From the human T2T-CHM13v2.0 reference genome, Homo sapiens, in NCBI RefSeq assembly GCF_009914755.1, contig NC_060930.1: a stretch of DNA of 64,000 nucleotides. One strand, 5' to 3'. A model generated the notes under the pieces. The model saw only the letters and a list, made by a program, of their open reading frames with translations, was not told the DNA's origin and made no database searches. Below, one piece after another: positions 1 through 12,764 of the stretch (positions are counted from its first letter, which is position 1; each line of letters opens with the position of its first letter). Position numbers and translations under genes: made by a program.

Positions 1-880
1 GAAGTCAGAGTGTGGAATTCTGGGGAGAAGTCAGAGCTTGGAATTTGGATTTGGGGATCATGAGTCCTGGATGCATGTGTAGATAGAAAGAGGGGTACCA
101 AGAACAATTTGGGGGGCACACTAACCCTCAAACACAGAAGGACTCAGCAAAGGAACTGGAGAAGGAAGGATCTGAAGTAGGAAGGAAACCAGGAGAGTAT
201 GGTGTCCAGAAGCCAAGAGAAGAAGATGTTTCCAGAAGGAGGCAATAAGCAGTCCACTGTGCTGAGAGTAATTGAGGAAAGGACAGATAAATGACCAGTG
301 GCTTGGCAACACAGGGAACCCTGTGGCTGTGGCAACCACAGGGTCAGAGGAGTGGTGCAGCTGGAAATGTGGATGGAATGGTTTGGGAGGGAATGTGAGG
401 TGGAGGTGTTGAGAATATGACTTTTGAGAAATTTTGTCCTAACAAGGAATAGAGTGTAGGGAGAGTCTTTTAATGGGAGAGATAATACAACAGGTCTGTG
501 TGCTTATGGGAATGCTGTACTGAAGAGGGAAAATTGCAGGAAGGAGTGAGATAAAGGAAGGAGGGAACCTTGAGAAGGCTCAGATGGTGGAATTCAAAGC
601 ATGGTGGGGAGGAACTAGTCTTTGACAGGACTAGGACACTGTCCATAGTACAGAGGAGACACTGAGAATGGGGGTGTAAATGAAGGTAATTTGGTAGATT
701 TCATGATTTCGTGGTGGGAATCATAGGCAGTTCCTCTCTGGTGGCTTCTCTTTCTCTGTGAACTCTGAGGCAAGGATATCAATAGTGAACAAAGATGCTA
801 GTTGTTGGGGGAGGTGTGTAGGATGTTTGTACAAAGAGAAGTGGGAAACAGTCATTTCGAAGAGTAAGAAAGGAAATATA
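1..880 (-). mobile_element. Old L2 LINE fragment
   Basis: Purine-rich text typical of antisense L2, e.g. 'ggaaaccaggagagtatggtgtccagaagccaagagaaga' and 'gtggcttggcaacacaggga'. Boundaries approximate. Confidence 0.7.
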
Positions 881-1145
881 CTAAAGAAGTGTTATGTGTA
901 AAGTTGACATTTGTGGTGGGGATTCAGTAGAGGGCGTGATGAGCAGAAAGAAGCTACCGCTGTTTAGAATCTGCGACCTTGGAAAAGATGAACTCAGATC
1001 TGTGCCCAAGAAGCCAGAACCATCATCTTATAAATGAGGATAGTGGGGCAGTGCATATTTGAGGGGGCTCAGTAGGACTTGGGTCCTGATTGTACTGGGG
1101 AGTGGGGTATGAGAGAGAGAGAAGAGGGAATTAAGATAATTTTAA

Positions 1146-1443
<298 letters not shown>

Positions 1444-1539
1444 GATGAGATGTGACTTAGCAATCACTTCAAGGTTTTATGTCTGGTCCACTGGAGTGAT
1501 GGTGTCCCCTTTAGCCTGTGTCGTATGTTTTGTTTCAGG

Positions 1540-1693
1540 AAAACAGCTTAACTTTTGGGGGTTTCAATTCTCTCATTTGTAAACTGGTTAAAATAATTCT
1601 AGTTTTTCATTTCCCCTTGGATGTTTGGGAATTTTACATGCAATAACATCTGGGAGAGGGCTTGGAAAGCTGCCAAGCACCATGTAACTGTTA
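1540..1693 (+). mobile_element. MIR fragment
   Basis: Degenerate core 'ttcaattctctcatttgtaaactgg' and MIR-like 3' end 'ttggaaagctgccaagcaccatgtaactgtt'. Confidence 0.55.
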
Positions 1694-2094
1694 TCCTGGT
1701 CCCAAAATTAAAAGGAGAGCCTGGGTTTTCGTGGCTTTGCGCTGTCATCTGGCCTGTGATAAATGCTGACTGGCTTCCTCGGCTCGCAGTGACTTTGATG
1801 CATAGTCCCTACTCTGGGGACTGTCGTTTTTGTCATGAGCCTTGTCAGTCAGAGTCTGAAGTGAAACCCACCGATCTATGAACTAGGACACTAGGCTGTT
1901 TACTTCAATGTGTTCATGTTTGTTTATATATATGTGTGCATATAAAGTATAAATATATGTAACAGAAAGTAAAAATGCATATGTATTTAATAAAAGTATA
2001 AATATATGTATTTATGGAAAGTATATAGCAAGCCTCCTCTTGGGAAGGCGATTTCAGCACTAGCATATGTTCTGCTGTCTAATTGTGCCTCTCA

Positions 2095-2670
2095 GCCCAG
2101 GAGCTCCGCGGTACCTGTGGTTCCTGAAAGAGAGTTTGACAGGCTTCAGGAAAGGGTTAGTGCCTCTTGAACTGGGGAGATTACAAAACGAGCGTGGGCC
2201 TAAAAGGCTCCACAGAGGCAGGCAGCGGGATGGATAGAGCGGCTCAGAGGGAAGGGACAGAGCCGCTTTAATGTGCTAATGAGGGGAAGCCCAGATGCCA
2301 GCGGGCTCAGTGGAGCTCTTTGTGACGCCGGGTTCCCGGGGCTGGCTGGAGTCTCTGTACCTATCTGGATCCTGCTGCAGGCCGGGGAAACACTGCGCTC
2401 TTAGAGAGGGGCCCTGTCCTCCACAGATAGCCCCGCAGACCCTCGGAACGCGGGTGGACGGGGAGGGCGTGCGCGAGCCTCGGGGCTTGGGTGGTGGCTG
2501 GAAAAGGGAGAACCAGGAGGCGGGGGAGGGGCGCTCGGACTACAGAGGACCGGACGGGGGCGAGTGTTCCGCGGGGTGTGTGGAGTAAGAGCTGGGACGG
2601 ACCTTTGTAGCTTTGCGAAATTAACCGTTTTTCCTCCACAACTGCCAGCTCGGCGAATGGCCTTCAAGCC
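2095..2670. promoter_or_regulatory. CpG island / candidate promoter and first exon region
   Basis: The only long non-repeat CpG- and GC-dense stretch in the window (ccgcgg, gacgccggg, gcgtgcgcg, ggcgggggaggggcgc). Contains GC boxes and an NRF1-like GCGTGCGC. Possible + strand donors at 2585 (GGA|GTAAGA) and 2781 (CCA|GTGAGT). Confidence 0.75.
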
Positions 2671-3301
2671 CATCCAACAGGAGATAATCTGTCCTTGGAA
2701 CTAGTGCAAGTCAGTTTTTAACTACTTGCGGAGAAAGTCTGAAACGTCACAACCAACCAAACAAAAATGACCACCACCCAGTGAGTGCTGGAATGAAATT
2801 CATGTTCTGGTTATTTCATTCAGAGATGGCTCCAAGATTGCTAGATGGGAGGAGTTAGAGCACCCATTGAGTGGCAGCTGGGTCAGGGGGTTGTCTTGAA
2901 GTTGTGTTTGCATATCAAGAACACAGTGCAGGATTTACAAAGAGTATGTTTACTCGTACTAATCCATCTGCTAATGGAAAGATTGGGTAATGGGAGCTCC
3001 TCCAGCCACCCTTAAATGCTGCCTCTAGATTGCATTATAAAGTGTTGGGTCATAACTGTCTCTGGAAATATAAGTTCCCAGATAAAATAGACAGCTGAAG
3101 ATGATCGATCCATGATATCTTGACCTTTTGTGTCCTATATTTCCTTTCTGAATATTCATGGGGGATATATAAATATTTAAATATAACATATATAATGTGT
3201 TATATATGTTATTTCTCAAATAATGAATATGAGATATTATTTGTAATGAGTCTTTGTCTATCCGCCTGAGTCTCTTTTTATGCTTTGCTCTATTTCTCTT
3301 T

Positions 3302-3302
<1 letters not shown>

Positions 3303-3332
<30 letters not shown>
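3303..3332 (+). repeat. (AC)n microsatellite
   Basis: About 15 uninterrupted AC units. Confidence 0.95.
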
Positions 3333-3334
<2 letters not shown>

Positions 3335-4945
3335 ACTTAGACTGATAGGTAGAGGATAGTCTTTCACTTAATTGATGATAGCCCCCCAACTTTTTTTACT
3401 ATGTTTTTTGGGAGGAGAGCTCAAGAGTTAGTTCAAGAAGAATGATTCATTTTTAAAGTGCTTCATTTCTATTTTGGAGTCACACTGAATTGATACCACC
3501 TAAGAAAAATAGAAGCATTTAATGTAGAATTACCCATGAGCTAGCTATATTTGGAAGTGTGAATGCACCTGTAGAACAGTCACCCCGTAAGGGGTTTCCC
3601 CCCATGTTCCTGAGCCATATATGGCTTCATTATAACACTTCAGTTCCAGGTGACAATAAGTACTGTGACTTGGATTTCAAATTTTACTCTTTTTTAGCTG
3701 TTCTAACAGTTTGTGTGATTTTAGTGCCTTTCAGGCAAAATTCTTCTATTTTATATAAAAAATTTCTCCTTGTTGCTTCCCATCTATTTCCTGCCCCTAG
3801 TGGGATACATGCCTTTTGGATTCACCTTCCTTAGTGAAAGCGGGGTGCTTTCAAGCCTAAAGAAGTATAGGCAATGAGGTGCTTGCTAGCACTAGTTTTA
3901 GAAAATTGATCATTTGCAACTCTTAGGCTGATAAATGAACTCATTTGTGTCCAAAGCAAAGAGACCCTAATTATTACTTCCCTGGCCCCAAAGTTAATTC
4001 CAACCTGAGAGCATGCCTTCCACAATGATGGAAGAAAAACACCATTTAATGCATTTATAGCAGTGGATATGAGATTGTTCATTTTGGATATCAATCGTCA
4101 AAGAAAATAGTGATTATGAAAAAATGTAAATGGGAATGTAGGTAGAATAAACTGGTGTACTGGACTTGCAGTTGGCTAGGCTGTGGCTTGGTGAATTAAG
4201 ACAACAACAAAAAAAGATTTCTTAGCCAAATTGTCATCTTTATTGTCACAGCTAGAAAGCCATTCATTGGATTTAAGATCCAAGGATTCTCTTCCTTTTT
4301 AGTTGCTATTGAGCAAGCATGTAAAGGCCGGAGTCTACAAAGTACTTTTTTTCTAAAAGAAATTTCCACAGCCTGGTATATTCCACCACCAAGAGTGGTT
4401 GGAGGAGATAACACTTGTTTAATGAGTTAGTGGTGTGCTTATGGTAGGCTGGGGAAGAAAAGCTAAGAGAGTTGTATGGTAGTTAGGTAGTCCCAGCTCA
4501 AAGTAAGCATGGGGAAGGGAGAACAACATTTTCTTATTCTCATTCATAAATGCTTTCCTGAACAAGTTCTACCAGTTAGATATTAATTTGTGTTAAATTT
4601 CTTCTGTATATACATCACCCTGGGAAAATTAAACAAAATTAGATTTATATCATTTGCATGTTACTTTAAGGACAGCGTAGTCCTAAATGTGATTAGCAGA
4701 TGCAAAGAAGTATAAGGTTAGGTCCCTGCTCTCAAGTATACATATATTTTTATTTGTATGTATTCATGGAGTACAAGTGCAATTTTGCTACATCGTTAAG
4801 TATATTTTAATTTAGTTAATCAGTTATTATTTTAGTAATCAACTTGATTGCTTTCCCTTTAAGAGCTGAAATCAATCACAGAGAAGGATGGGAGCATTAC
4901 TTGAAGGCATCTTTAGAACATGGGACATTGGACATTAGGACAGGT

Positions 4946-5114
4946 CTGATTGCAGTGCTACATGCTTGTAGCTTGCCCTGTCACTGGACTTTCATTATGT
5001 GGGATAATTAGTATCCTCTTTGAGCCAGGTTTAGTTGGGATTTGTTTAACTTGCAGCTGAAAGCATCCCTAAGCATCTTCCTGTGTTACCAGCAGCCACT
5101 TTATGACCATGAAG
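4946..5114 (+). repeat. Local rearranged duplicate of part of the MLT1 LTR at 8150-8458
   Basis: 4946-5072 matches 8322-8448 ungapped with 11 mismatches in 127 bp. 5073-5114 resembles 8186-8232. Confidence 0.85.
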
Positions 5115-5696
5115 TTGGGGTTTTACAGGGGAGCAAATTGTATCACTAGAGAGTTGGAAGCATTTTGGGCTAGCGGAGAACACATAAGCATGGAGAGCTT
5201 AGAGATCATCTTTGCCATCTTTAAAATATGTTCAGGACCCTCCACCAATGGAATCAAACATCATTTCACCAGATTTTCAGAGGCACACTGGTCAATAAAT
5301 GTTTGAGAATATATCTGTGCAACAGCTATGCAAATTTTGACAAGTTTGCTGAAATACATGGTTTCTAAATCCCTGCAAACTCTTAAAATCCGTGATTATA
5401 CATGACAATACAGCCCAAAGTCCTTCTGACAAACCAGATGAAGTTTATTTCTAAAGCATATGTATAGTCTTTCTTCTTAATGTGCTGGCACCTCAGAATA
5501 AAACTACAGCCCAGCCATTTCAGCAGTCATTCCGTGTGTGCTTGTGGCCTACAGGCAGACAGCCCATGCAGAGTTTAGAAATTAAACGTCTTGTGTGCTA
5601 AAGCTAAGCTCCGAAGAAGGAATTATTAGATACCCCAGTATATTGCGATAACCTTGCAAAAGTGGGTTCAGTTTAACTTGATAGGTTTTCTGTACT

Positions 5697-6470
5697 GGAA
5701 TAGAATGGAAATTGACATACATGTATATATATATAAAATATATATATACACACACATATATGTGTATATACACATATATGGAATAGAATGGAAATTGACA
5801 TACATATATACAAATACATATGTGTGTGTATATATACATATGTATATATACATATACATATGTATACATATATGTACATATGTACATATATACATATGTA
5901 TATATACATATATGTACATATGTACACATATACATATGTATATATACATATGTACATATGTACATATATACATATGTATATATACATATATGTACATATG
6001 TACATATATGTATATATACATATATACATATGTATATATATACATATATGTACATATGTACATATATACATATACATATATGTACATATACACATATACA
6101 TATGTATATATACATATATGTACACATGTACATATACATATGTATATATGTACATATGTACATATATGTATATATACATATGTATATATACATATATGTA
6201 CATATATACATATACATATGTATATATACATATATGTACATATATACATATACACATACATATGTATATATACATATACACATTACATATATGCACATAT
6301 ATATGTGTGTACATATATACATATGTAGATACACATATACACATATATGTGTGTGTACATATATACATATGTGTTATGTACTAGATTGACACTTTATATA
6401 TACATATATAGGGAATAGAATGGAAATTGACATACATATATACACATACATGTGTGTACGTATATACCTA
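5697..6470. repeat. Complex AT-rich alternating purine-pyrimidine repeat (TATACA/TATGTACA-type)
   Basis: Degenerate runs of tatatacatatgtacata, with three direct copies of ggaatagaatggaaattgacatacat (5697, 5780, 6412). Confidence 0.95.
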
Positions 6471-7282
6471 TACACACATAGGTACACATGCATATGTATA
6501 TACACACATAGGTACACATGCATATGTATATACACACATAGGTACACATGCATATGTATATACACACATAGGTACACATGCATATGTATATATACACACA
6601 TAGGTACACATGCATATGTATATACACACATAGGTACACATGCATATGTATATACACACATAGGTACACATGCATATGTATATACACACATAGGTACACA
6701 TGCATATGTATATACACACATAGGTACACATGCATATGTATATACACACATAGGTACACATGCATATGTATATACACACATAGGTACACATGCATATGTA
6801 TATACACACATAGGTACACATGCATATGTATATACACACATAGGTACACATGCATATGTATATACACACATAGGTACACATGCATATGTATATACACACA
6901 TAGGTACACATGCATATGTATATACACACATAGGTACACATGCATATGTATATACACACATAGGTACACATGCATATGTATATACACACATAGGTACACA
7001 TGCATATGTATATACACACATAGGTACACATGCATATGTATATACACACATAGGTACACATGCATATGTATATACACACATAGGTACACATGCATATGTA
7101 TATACACACATAGGTACACATGCATATGTATATACACACATAGGTACACATGCATATGTATATACACACATAGGTACACATGCATATGTATATACACACA
7201 TAGGTACACATGCATATGTATATACACACATAGGTACACATGCATATGTATATACACACATAGGTACACATGCATATGTATA
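6471..7282 (+). repeat. 30-bp minisatellite (VNTR), 27 copies
   Basis: Unit tacacacataggtacacatgcatatgtata: 4 copies (6471-6590), a 2-bp TA insertion, then 23 identical copies (6593-7282). Confidence 0.98.
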
Positions 7283-8149
7283 TATACACATACGCATAAC
7301 ACATATATACACATACCTATATGTGTGTACATATATACATATGTATATACATATATACATATATATATGTCAAGTTCCATTCTATTCCATATATATGTGT
7401 ATTTATATATATTTAAAGTTTCTGTTAACCTAGTTGGCTTTTAAATTCCTGCTCCAGAAAACACAAATGTAACACCTTGAGGAGGAGGGCAATGCCAGAA
7501 GGTTGTTTACTGTGACAAGCTTTCTTTTCCTCTCTCGAGTATATGTTGCTTCACTAAAGCAGGGTGTTTTATCCAGTGTGAAGTGATAGAAACTTGCTTT
7601 ATAATATTATCAAGGATCTGCCTACATAAAGAAGAATAATGAAGTCATTTGGCTTACATTTTTGATATCATTTGTATTGCCTCTGTGCAGGGTTGAGTGA
7701 AGCAGTTTCTATAGCTGCTGTAAGCAATAAGCCTCTAAATGTTAAATGCTGACTCAACATAAGCATGTCTGCAGAAGAAGATGATTAGCTTGAAGAGAAG
7801 CTAGCATCAGCAAGAAGAAATTCAACTACACATTCAAAAGGAATATAGAGTATTTACATGTGACATCTTCAGAAGCCACCTGAGAAAGAGAAAAACGTAA
7901 TTGTGTTACATGGAAATAAGTGTGTTATCTCCCTTCTATCATTGACATTTGAGATTTTGTTCCCCAAAGTCTTGCATTGGTTTTCTCATCTAGTAAATCC
8001 ATTTTACCTCAGATAGTTAATCTAAACCAATTAGTTTATGGCATTTCTCTGGAGTCCAGGGCATGGAGATTGTTGTTGGTCTTGGGGTGGGCAAAGGTCC
8101 TGGGTTGGTACAACCAGATTGAAGATAAAGGACCTGCATTTAGATGGGG

Positions 8150-8458
8150 GAGGAGCTGTCCCTTTCTCTTGCTGAATTTGACAAAGCCATCTTGCTACCA
8201 GCTGCTAACAGTAGCCACTTTATGACCATGAAGGAAACCAGCAGTAGGATGTTACTAATGCTAAGGACAGCAGAGTGGACAGAAGGAAACTAGCTGGGTC
8301 CTTGGAGATATTATTTAGCAACTGATTGCATTGCTACATGCTTGAAGCTTGCCCTATCACTGGATTGTCATTATGTGGGATAATTAATATTCTCTTTAAG
8401 CCAGGTTTAGTTGGGGTTTGTTTGACTTGCAGCTGAAAGCATCTCTAACTAATATACA
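8150..8458 (+). mobile_element. MLT1 (J/K-like) MaLR LTR, 3' part
   Basis: 'gccactttatgaccatgaagg', 'tgggtccttggaga', 'tttaagccaggtttagttgggg...ttgcagctgaaagcatctctaactaatataca'. 5' boundary uncertain. Confidence 0.75.
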
Positions 8459-8772
8459 CCTCTTTTACTCTGGCCTGAGACTGATGACCTTTGAATACAG
8501 TTCAGGGCCTTTTCATTTCTTTCAGTCTGGACACATCTGTCAAGGAAGAGCAGGGGCAGGTTTGCTCGAGTGTGTGATGTGCAGGGTGGTTTGCCCAAGA
8601 TGTAGTTCTGCTGAGGGTAGAAAGAATGGGCTCTATGGTAGGTGTCATCCATACTGGTCTGTATATCCATACCAGTCTGTGGCACCTTTGATAATCCAAA
8701 TCAGGTCTGGATTAGACAAATATATTGAGGAGCTTGAAGTACTGGGTGAAAGGCCCCCACTCCATGTCATCA

Positions 8773-9730
8773 TCCATTTATTTATTTGATAAACATTTAT
8801 TCTGAGCCTGCTTTGCCCAGGCTGGGGCTGGCATTGGGTATATGAAAGATCTCACACAGTATAATAGAAAACCATGGGAGCACTCAATAAAAGGAGTTTG
8901 GGAAGGCATCTAAGCATATGACAGTGATATGGTTTGGCTCTGTGTCCCCACCCAAATCTCACCTTGAATTGTAATCCCTATAATCCCCACTTGTCAAGGG
9001 TGGGACCAGCTGGAGGTAATTGAATCATGAGGGTGGTTTCCGCCATGCTGTTCTCTTGGTAATGAGTGAGTCTCATGAGATATGATGGTTTTATAAGCAT
9101 CTAGCATTTCCCCTGCTTGCACTCATTCTCTCTCCTGCTGCCCTGTGAAGAGGTGCTTTCTACCGTAATTATAAGTTTCCTGAGACCTCCTCAGCCATGG
9201 GAACTGTTTGTCAATTAAGCCTCTTTTCTTTATAAATTACCCAGTCTTGAGTTTTTTTCGTAGCAGCATGAGGATGGACTGATACACACAGCTATGCTGA
9301 CAACTAGAAAAAGAGGAGGACATAGCCAGAATTAAAAGAGGAGTGTGTGTGTGTGTTTGTGTTTGTGTGTACATGTGCATGTGCACATATGTGGTGGCAG
9401 TGGGGGTTATAGAGAATAGAGTTTTAGGCAGAGGAAACAATACATTAGAAGCCTGTGAGTGGGTGAGTATGTGATGAATTCTGGGAAATGAAACAGGTTC
9501 AGATGGCTGCAGCCATATATGAGAGGAAGAGATGTCAGAGGCTGGAGGAGTAGGTAGGGGCCAGATCATGCAGGGCTTTGGAGTTAAGTTGTGTATTTTG
9601 TCTTAAGAGCACTAAGTAGCATTGGAGACACTAAGCAGAAAAGTAACATGACTGATGTGTTCATAAGATCTGGCTGCCTGCAGTATAAACAGTGAATTTG
9701 AGTAGGGGAGCCCAGGTAGGAGACAGTTGC
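8773..9730 (-). mobile_element. L2 3' region interrupted by the THE1 LTR
   Basis: 'catttatttatttgataaacatttattctgagcctgct' (antisense L2 tail). Resumes after 9290 with 'ggcagaggaaaca...gggccagatcatgcagggctt'. Confidence 0.65.
8925..9286 (+). mobile_element. THE1 (C/D-like) solo LTR
   Basis: Starts tgatatggtttggctctgtgtccccacccaaatctc and ends ggactgataca. 5-bp TSD gacag/cacag with one mismatch. Confidence 0.93.
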
Positions 9731-9874
9731 AGAGGAGAAATGGAGAGTTATGATGTACTCTAAAGTTACATTCTAACTACCCTTTTTGAAACCACGGGTT
9801 TTGATTGGTAATTACTGCATAAGAGAAATGTGAATTGAGTTTGATGCTGGTCAATGTTTGATTTCATTTGGTGT

Positions 9875-10050
9875 ACCAACCTCGTGACCTCAGACAAGTT
9901 ATCTAAACTCACTGAGCTTTAGTTCCATCATCTGTGAAATTCAGTAAGAGTACCTACCTCATAGGGATACTGAAGAGGATTAAAGATGGTAATATATTTA
10001 TAGTTCTTGGCACCATGCCTGAAACATATTAGTCATTATAATGATTAATA
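9875..10050 (+). mobile_element. MIR
   Basis: 'gtgacctcagacaagttatctaaactcactgagctttagttccatcatctgtgaaat...tacctacctcataggg'. Confidence 0.85.
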
Positions 10051-10474
10051 TTTAGCATAATGCATGTGTAAGGAAGAAGCACAAGAATGAAGGCAGAAGA
10101 AGAGAGTCTTTCTGAGCTCCTTCATGGTCTGAGAGTTGAGATTCACATGAAAATCACAAAGTGTAACTATGATGCTATCCTTTTATTCTTTGGGAGTGGG
10201 ACTTGTAGTTATTATGTAGGCATCACATTTCTAATAATCTTTGATCCTGAAAGAAGCAGAAGTAAAAATCAAGACAAAACTGCAAAGCAGAAGGTGTGCT
10301 TATTTTTGGCTAAGAGGAAGAGGAGGGAAGGCGTGTTGACCTCACAGGGCAGGGAGAGAAGGAGTCTTATCCCTGGGAGATGCTGGGAGCAGGGGCTTCA
10401 AAAGACCTGTGCTTTTGCAGTGAGAACATTCTGCAGAGACACACCTGGAAGCTGATGAAAGTAGGTGTACATCT

Positions 10475-10575
10475 TTTAGGGCAGGGACTTCTGTTTGTTT
10501 TTCTAATCGCTTAGAACAGTGCCTGCCATATGGTAGATATTGTAGTCAACAAATATTTGTTGAATGAATGAATGA
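10475..10575 (+). mobile_element. L2 3' end
   Basis: 'gggcagggac...agaacagtgcctgccatatggtag...caacaaatatttgttgaatgaatgaatgaa'. Confidence 0.85.
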
Positions 10576-11710
10576 AAGGTGATGGGATGGATGTGCTTCC
10601 ACCAAGTTTTGAGTTCTGGGATTAAAATTTCTGCCAGGGCATAGACACATGCTGTGTTGGGTTCCCTCCATTTGTTGCCTACAAAGCAGCCTTGTACTTT
10701 CTATTGCAGCCATTAGAGGAGCTAATCAGAGAAGCTAATCAATAGCTGATGAACTGATTCATGGAGATAGATTTCTCGAGCCAGAGTTTGAAAGAAAAGA
10801 ACAGATTCTTTCCTTGAACTGTGTAAGCAGCTAATTTTAGTCAGCAGGTGTTGCAGCTTTTAAAAGGCATTTGGCAGGGTTTCCTTCTACTCCCATTTCA
10901 TCCAAAATATGTAACTTTCATTGCTCCCATTCCAGAAACATGCTGCTTTGTGAGTGTTTTCTGAGTAGAAAAGGGAATTGTGGGAAAGTATAATCAAGAA
11001 AAAAAATGAAGTGCTTAGCTCAGAACCTGGCCCCAAAGAAAATGGGAAATAAATGAGAGCGAATATAGAACTGCCATTCACAGAGTCTGGATGGAGGAAA
11101 GAGATGGCGGGTAGACACTGCTTCATGCTGAACGTGGAGGAAATCTCTGCATCACTAGAGATAATGTGTTGCTTTTAGCTTCCGCAGTCTGAATCAATTT
11201 CTGTATCCAGAGCCTTGGCTTATAATTTTACACATCAATACCTATTTACTTAGGGAAGGGCCAATTAGTTTTCTTTATGCATTGCTTAAAAACAAACAAA
11301 TGCCCTCCAAATCAATTGGTGAAAACAACGTAACTTAATGCCTTGAAAAAAAATGGATCCTTAGGAAAATAGTTTGATACATAATTCTGAGATGAGAACC
11401 AGGCCTCCAGAATAGTTATTTTCCATGATAAATTTCTAATCATTAATTAGATGTATGCCAGAAGTTGATAACACATATAAGCCATAGATACTAGTTTGCT
11501 CTATGTTCATACAGTGCACTGTGAGATTCCAGACGTAGGTCTTTGATGAAGACAGTGTGGACATTTTTTGCTTTTTGGAGAGCAGTTGCACAAGTCAATC
11601 AAGTATGCTAACAGCTTGCTTCAATGAGCTGTACATGGTCTGCAGTTATGGCTCATGTCTCACCAGTACTACAAAGGGGTTGGAGAACAGCTAGGTAGTT
11701 ACGGTGATTG

Positions 11711-12207
11711 TGAAACTGGCCCAGTTGTCCCATAGAATTGATATTTATAGTTTCTATTGAATAAACATAGAAATTGACCCTCCTAGTCTTAAAAACTTGA
11801 GAAACCACATTTGCCTTATCTGAGTTCCTTTTTCAGGAAACCAATCATCAGGCCTCCCAGATAGTATGAAGGAACTGAAACTTACGAGATCACCACATCC
11901 GGACAATGAGATGCAAGAACCCTCACCCATCATGATTGCCTTTCTGACCATCAGCTTCCTTTTGACCAACTCTTCTTTCTTACCCCTCTCTAATTCCTGT
12001 TTTCCCACACATGGTTATATTTCTTCCCTGCTATATAAACCCCTAATTTTAGTTTGTCGAGGAGATGGATTTGAGGCTAATCTCCCATCTCCTCAGCTGC
12101 AGCACCAGAGTAAAGCCTTCTTCCCTGGCAATACTCATTGTCTCAGTGACTGGCTTTTTGTGTGGTGAGCAGCAGGACTTAGACCAAATCCCTGGCATTT
12201 GGTAATA
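11711..12207 (+). mobile_element. ERV1 solo LTR, LOR1-like
   Basis: tgaaactggcccagttgtcccatagaa...tttggtaata, with TATA 'ctatataaac' and 4-bp TSD attg (11707/12208). A homologue lies at 47575-48067. Confidence 0.85.
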
Positions 12208-12213
12208 ATTGTG

Positions 12214-12296
12214 TCAATAGGATCTATCTATCTATCTATCTACTATATTTATATGTAAGTATAATATATTCACATTTGTATATATGTGTATGTATT

Positions 12297-12340
<44 letters not shown>

Positions 12341-12710
12341 GAGAGAGAGAGACAGAGAGAGAGATTGATTTACTTTAAGGAACTGGTTTTTGTAACTGTA
12401 GGGGATGGCAAGTCTCAAATTTGTAGGGCAAGCCAGCAGGCTAGAAACTCAGTCTGGGTTTCTATGTTACAGTCTTGAGGCTGAATTTCTTCTTCTCTGG
12501 AAAACTTCAGTTTTTGCTCTTAAGACCTTCAACTGATTGGATGAGACCCACCCATATTATCAAGGGTTATCTGCTTTACTTAAAGCTAACTGATTGTAAA
12601 AGCTAATGACATCTATAAAATACCTTCATAGCAAACATCTAAACTAATATTTGACTGAACAGCTGGGAACCATAGCTTAGCCAAGCTGACACATAAAACG
12701 AATCATCACA
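12214..12710 (-). mobile_element. MLT2 (D-like) ERVL LTR with internal microsatellites
   Basis: 'gcaggctagaaactcag...ccttcaactgattggatgagacccaccca...gacacataaaacgaatcatcaca'. Confidence 0.8.
12222..12364 (+). repeat. Compound (TCTA)n / (TG)19 / (AG)n microsatellite
   Basis: TCTA run from 12222, TG run 12299-12336, AG run 12340-12364. Confidence 0.9.
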
Positions 12711-12764
12711 GTGATAATGACAATTAATGGTAATAGTGAGGTTACTCTCAGATGTCCTGGAATT

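Noticed and set aside
2295-2673. Three ~90-aa ORFs in the CpG island
   Set aside because: Expected in GC-rich DNA and match no protein I recognise.
5697-5722. HSAT2/3 (GGAAT)n satellite
   Set aside because: Only two GGAAT-like words per anchor and no pentamer array.
6471-7282. CRISPR-like array
   Set aside because: Units are head-to-tail with no spacers, the context is eukaryotic, and there are no cas genes.
5582-7444. Eleven long overlapping ORFs (189-337 aa; Y/I/C/M/H/T/V-rich)
   Set aside because: These are artefacts of stop-poor TA/CA/TG repeats and the 30-bp unit, open in most frames on both strands.
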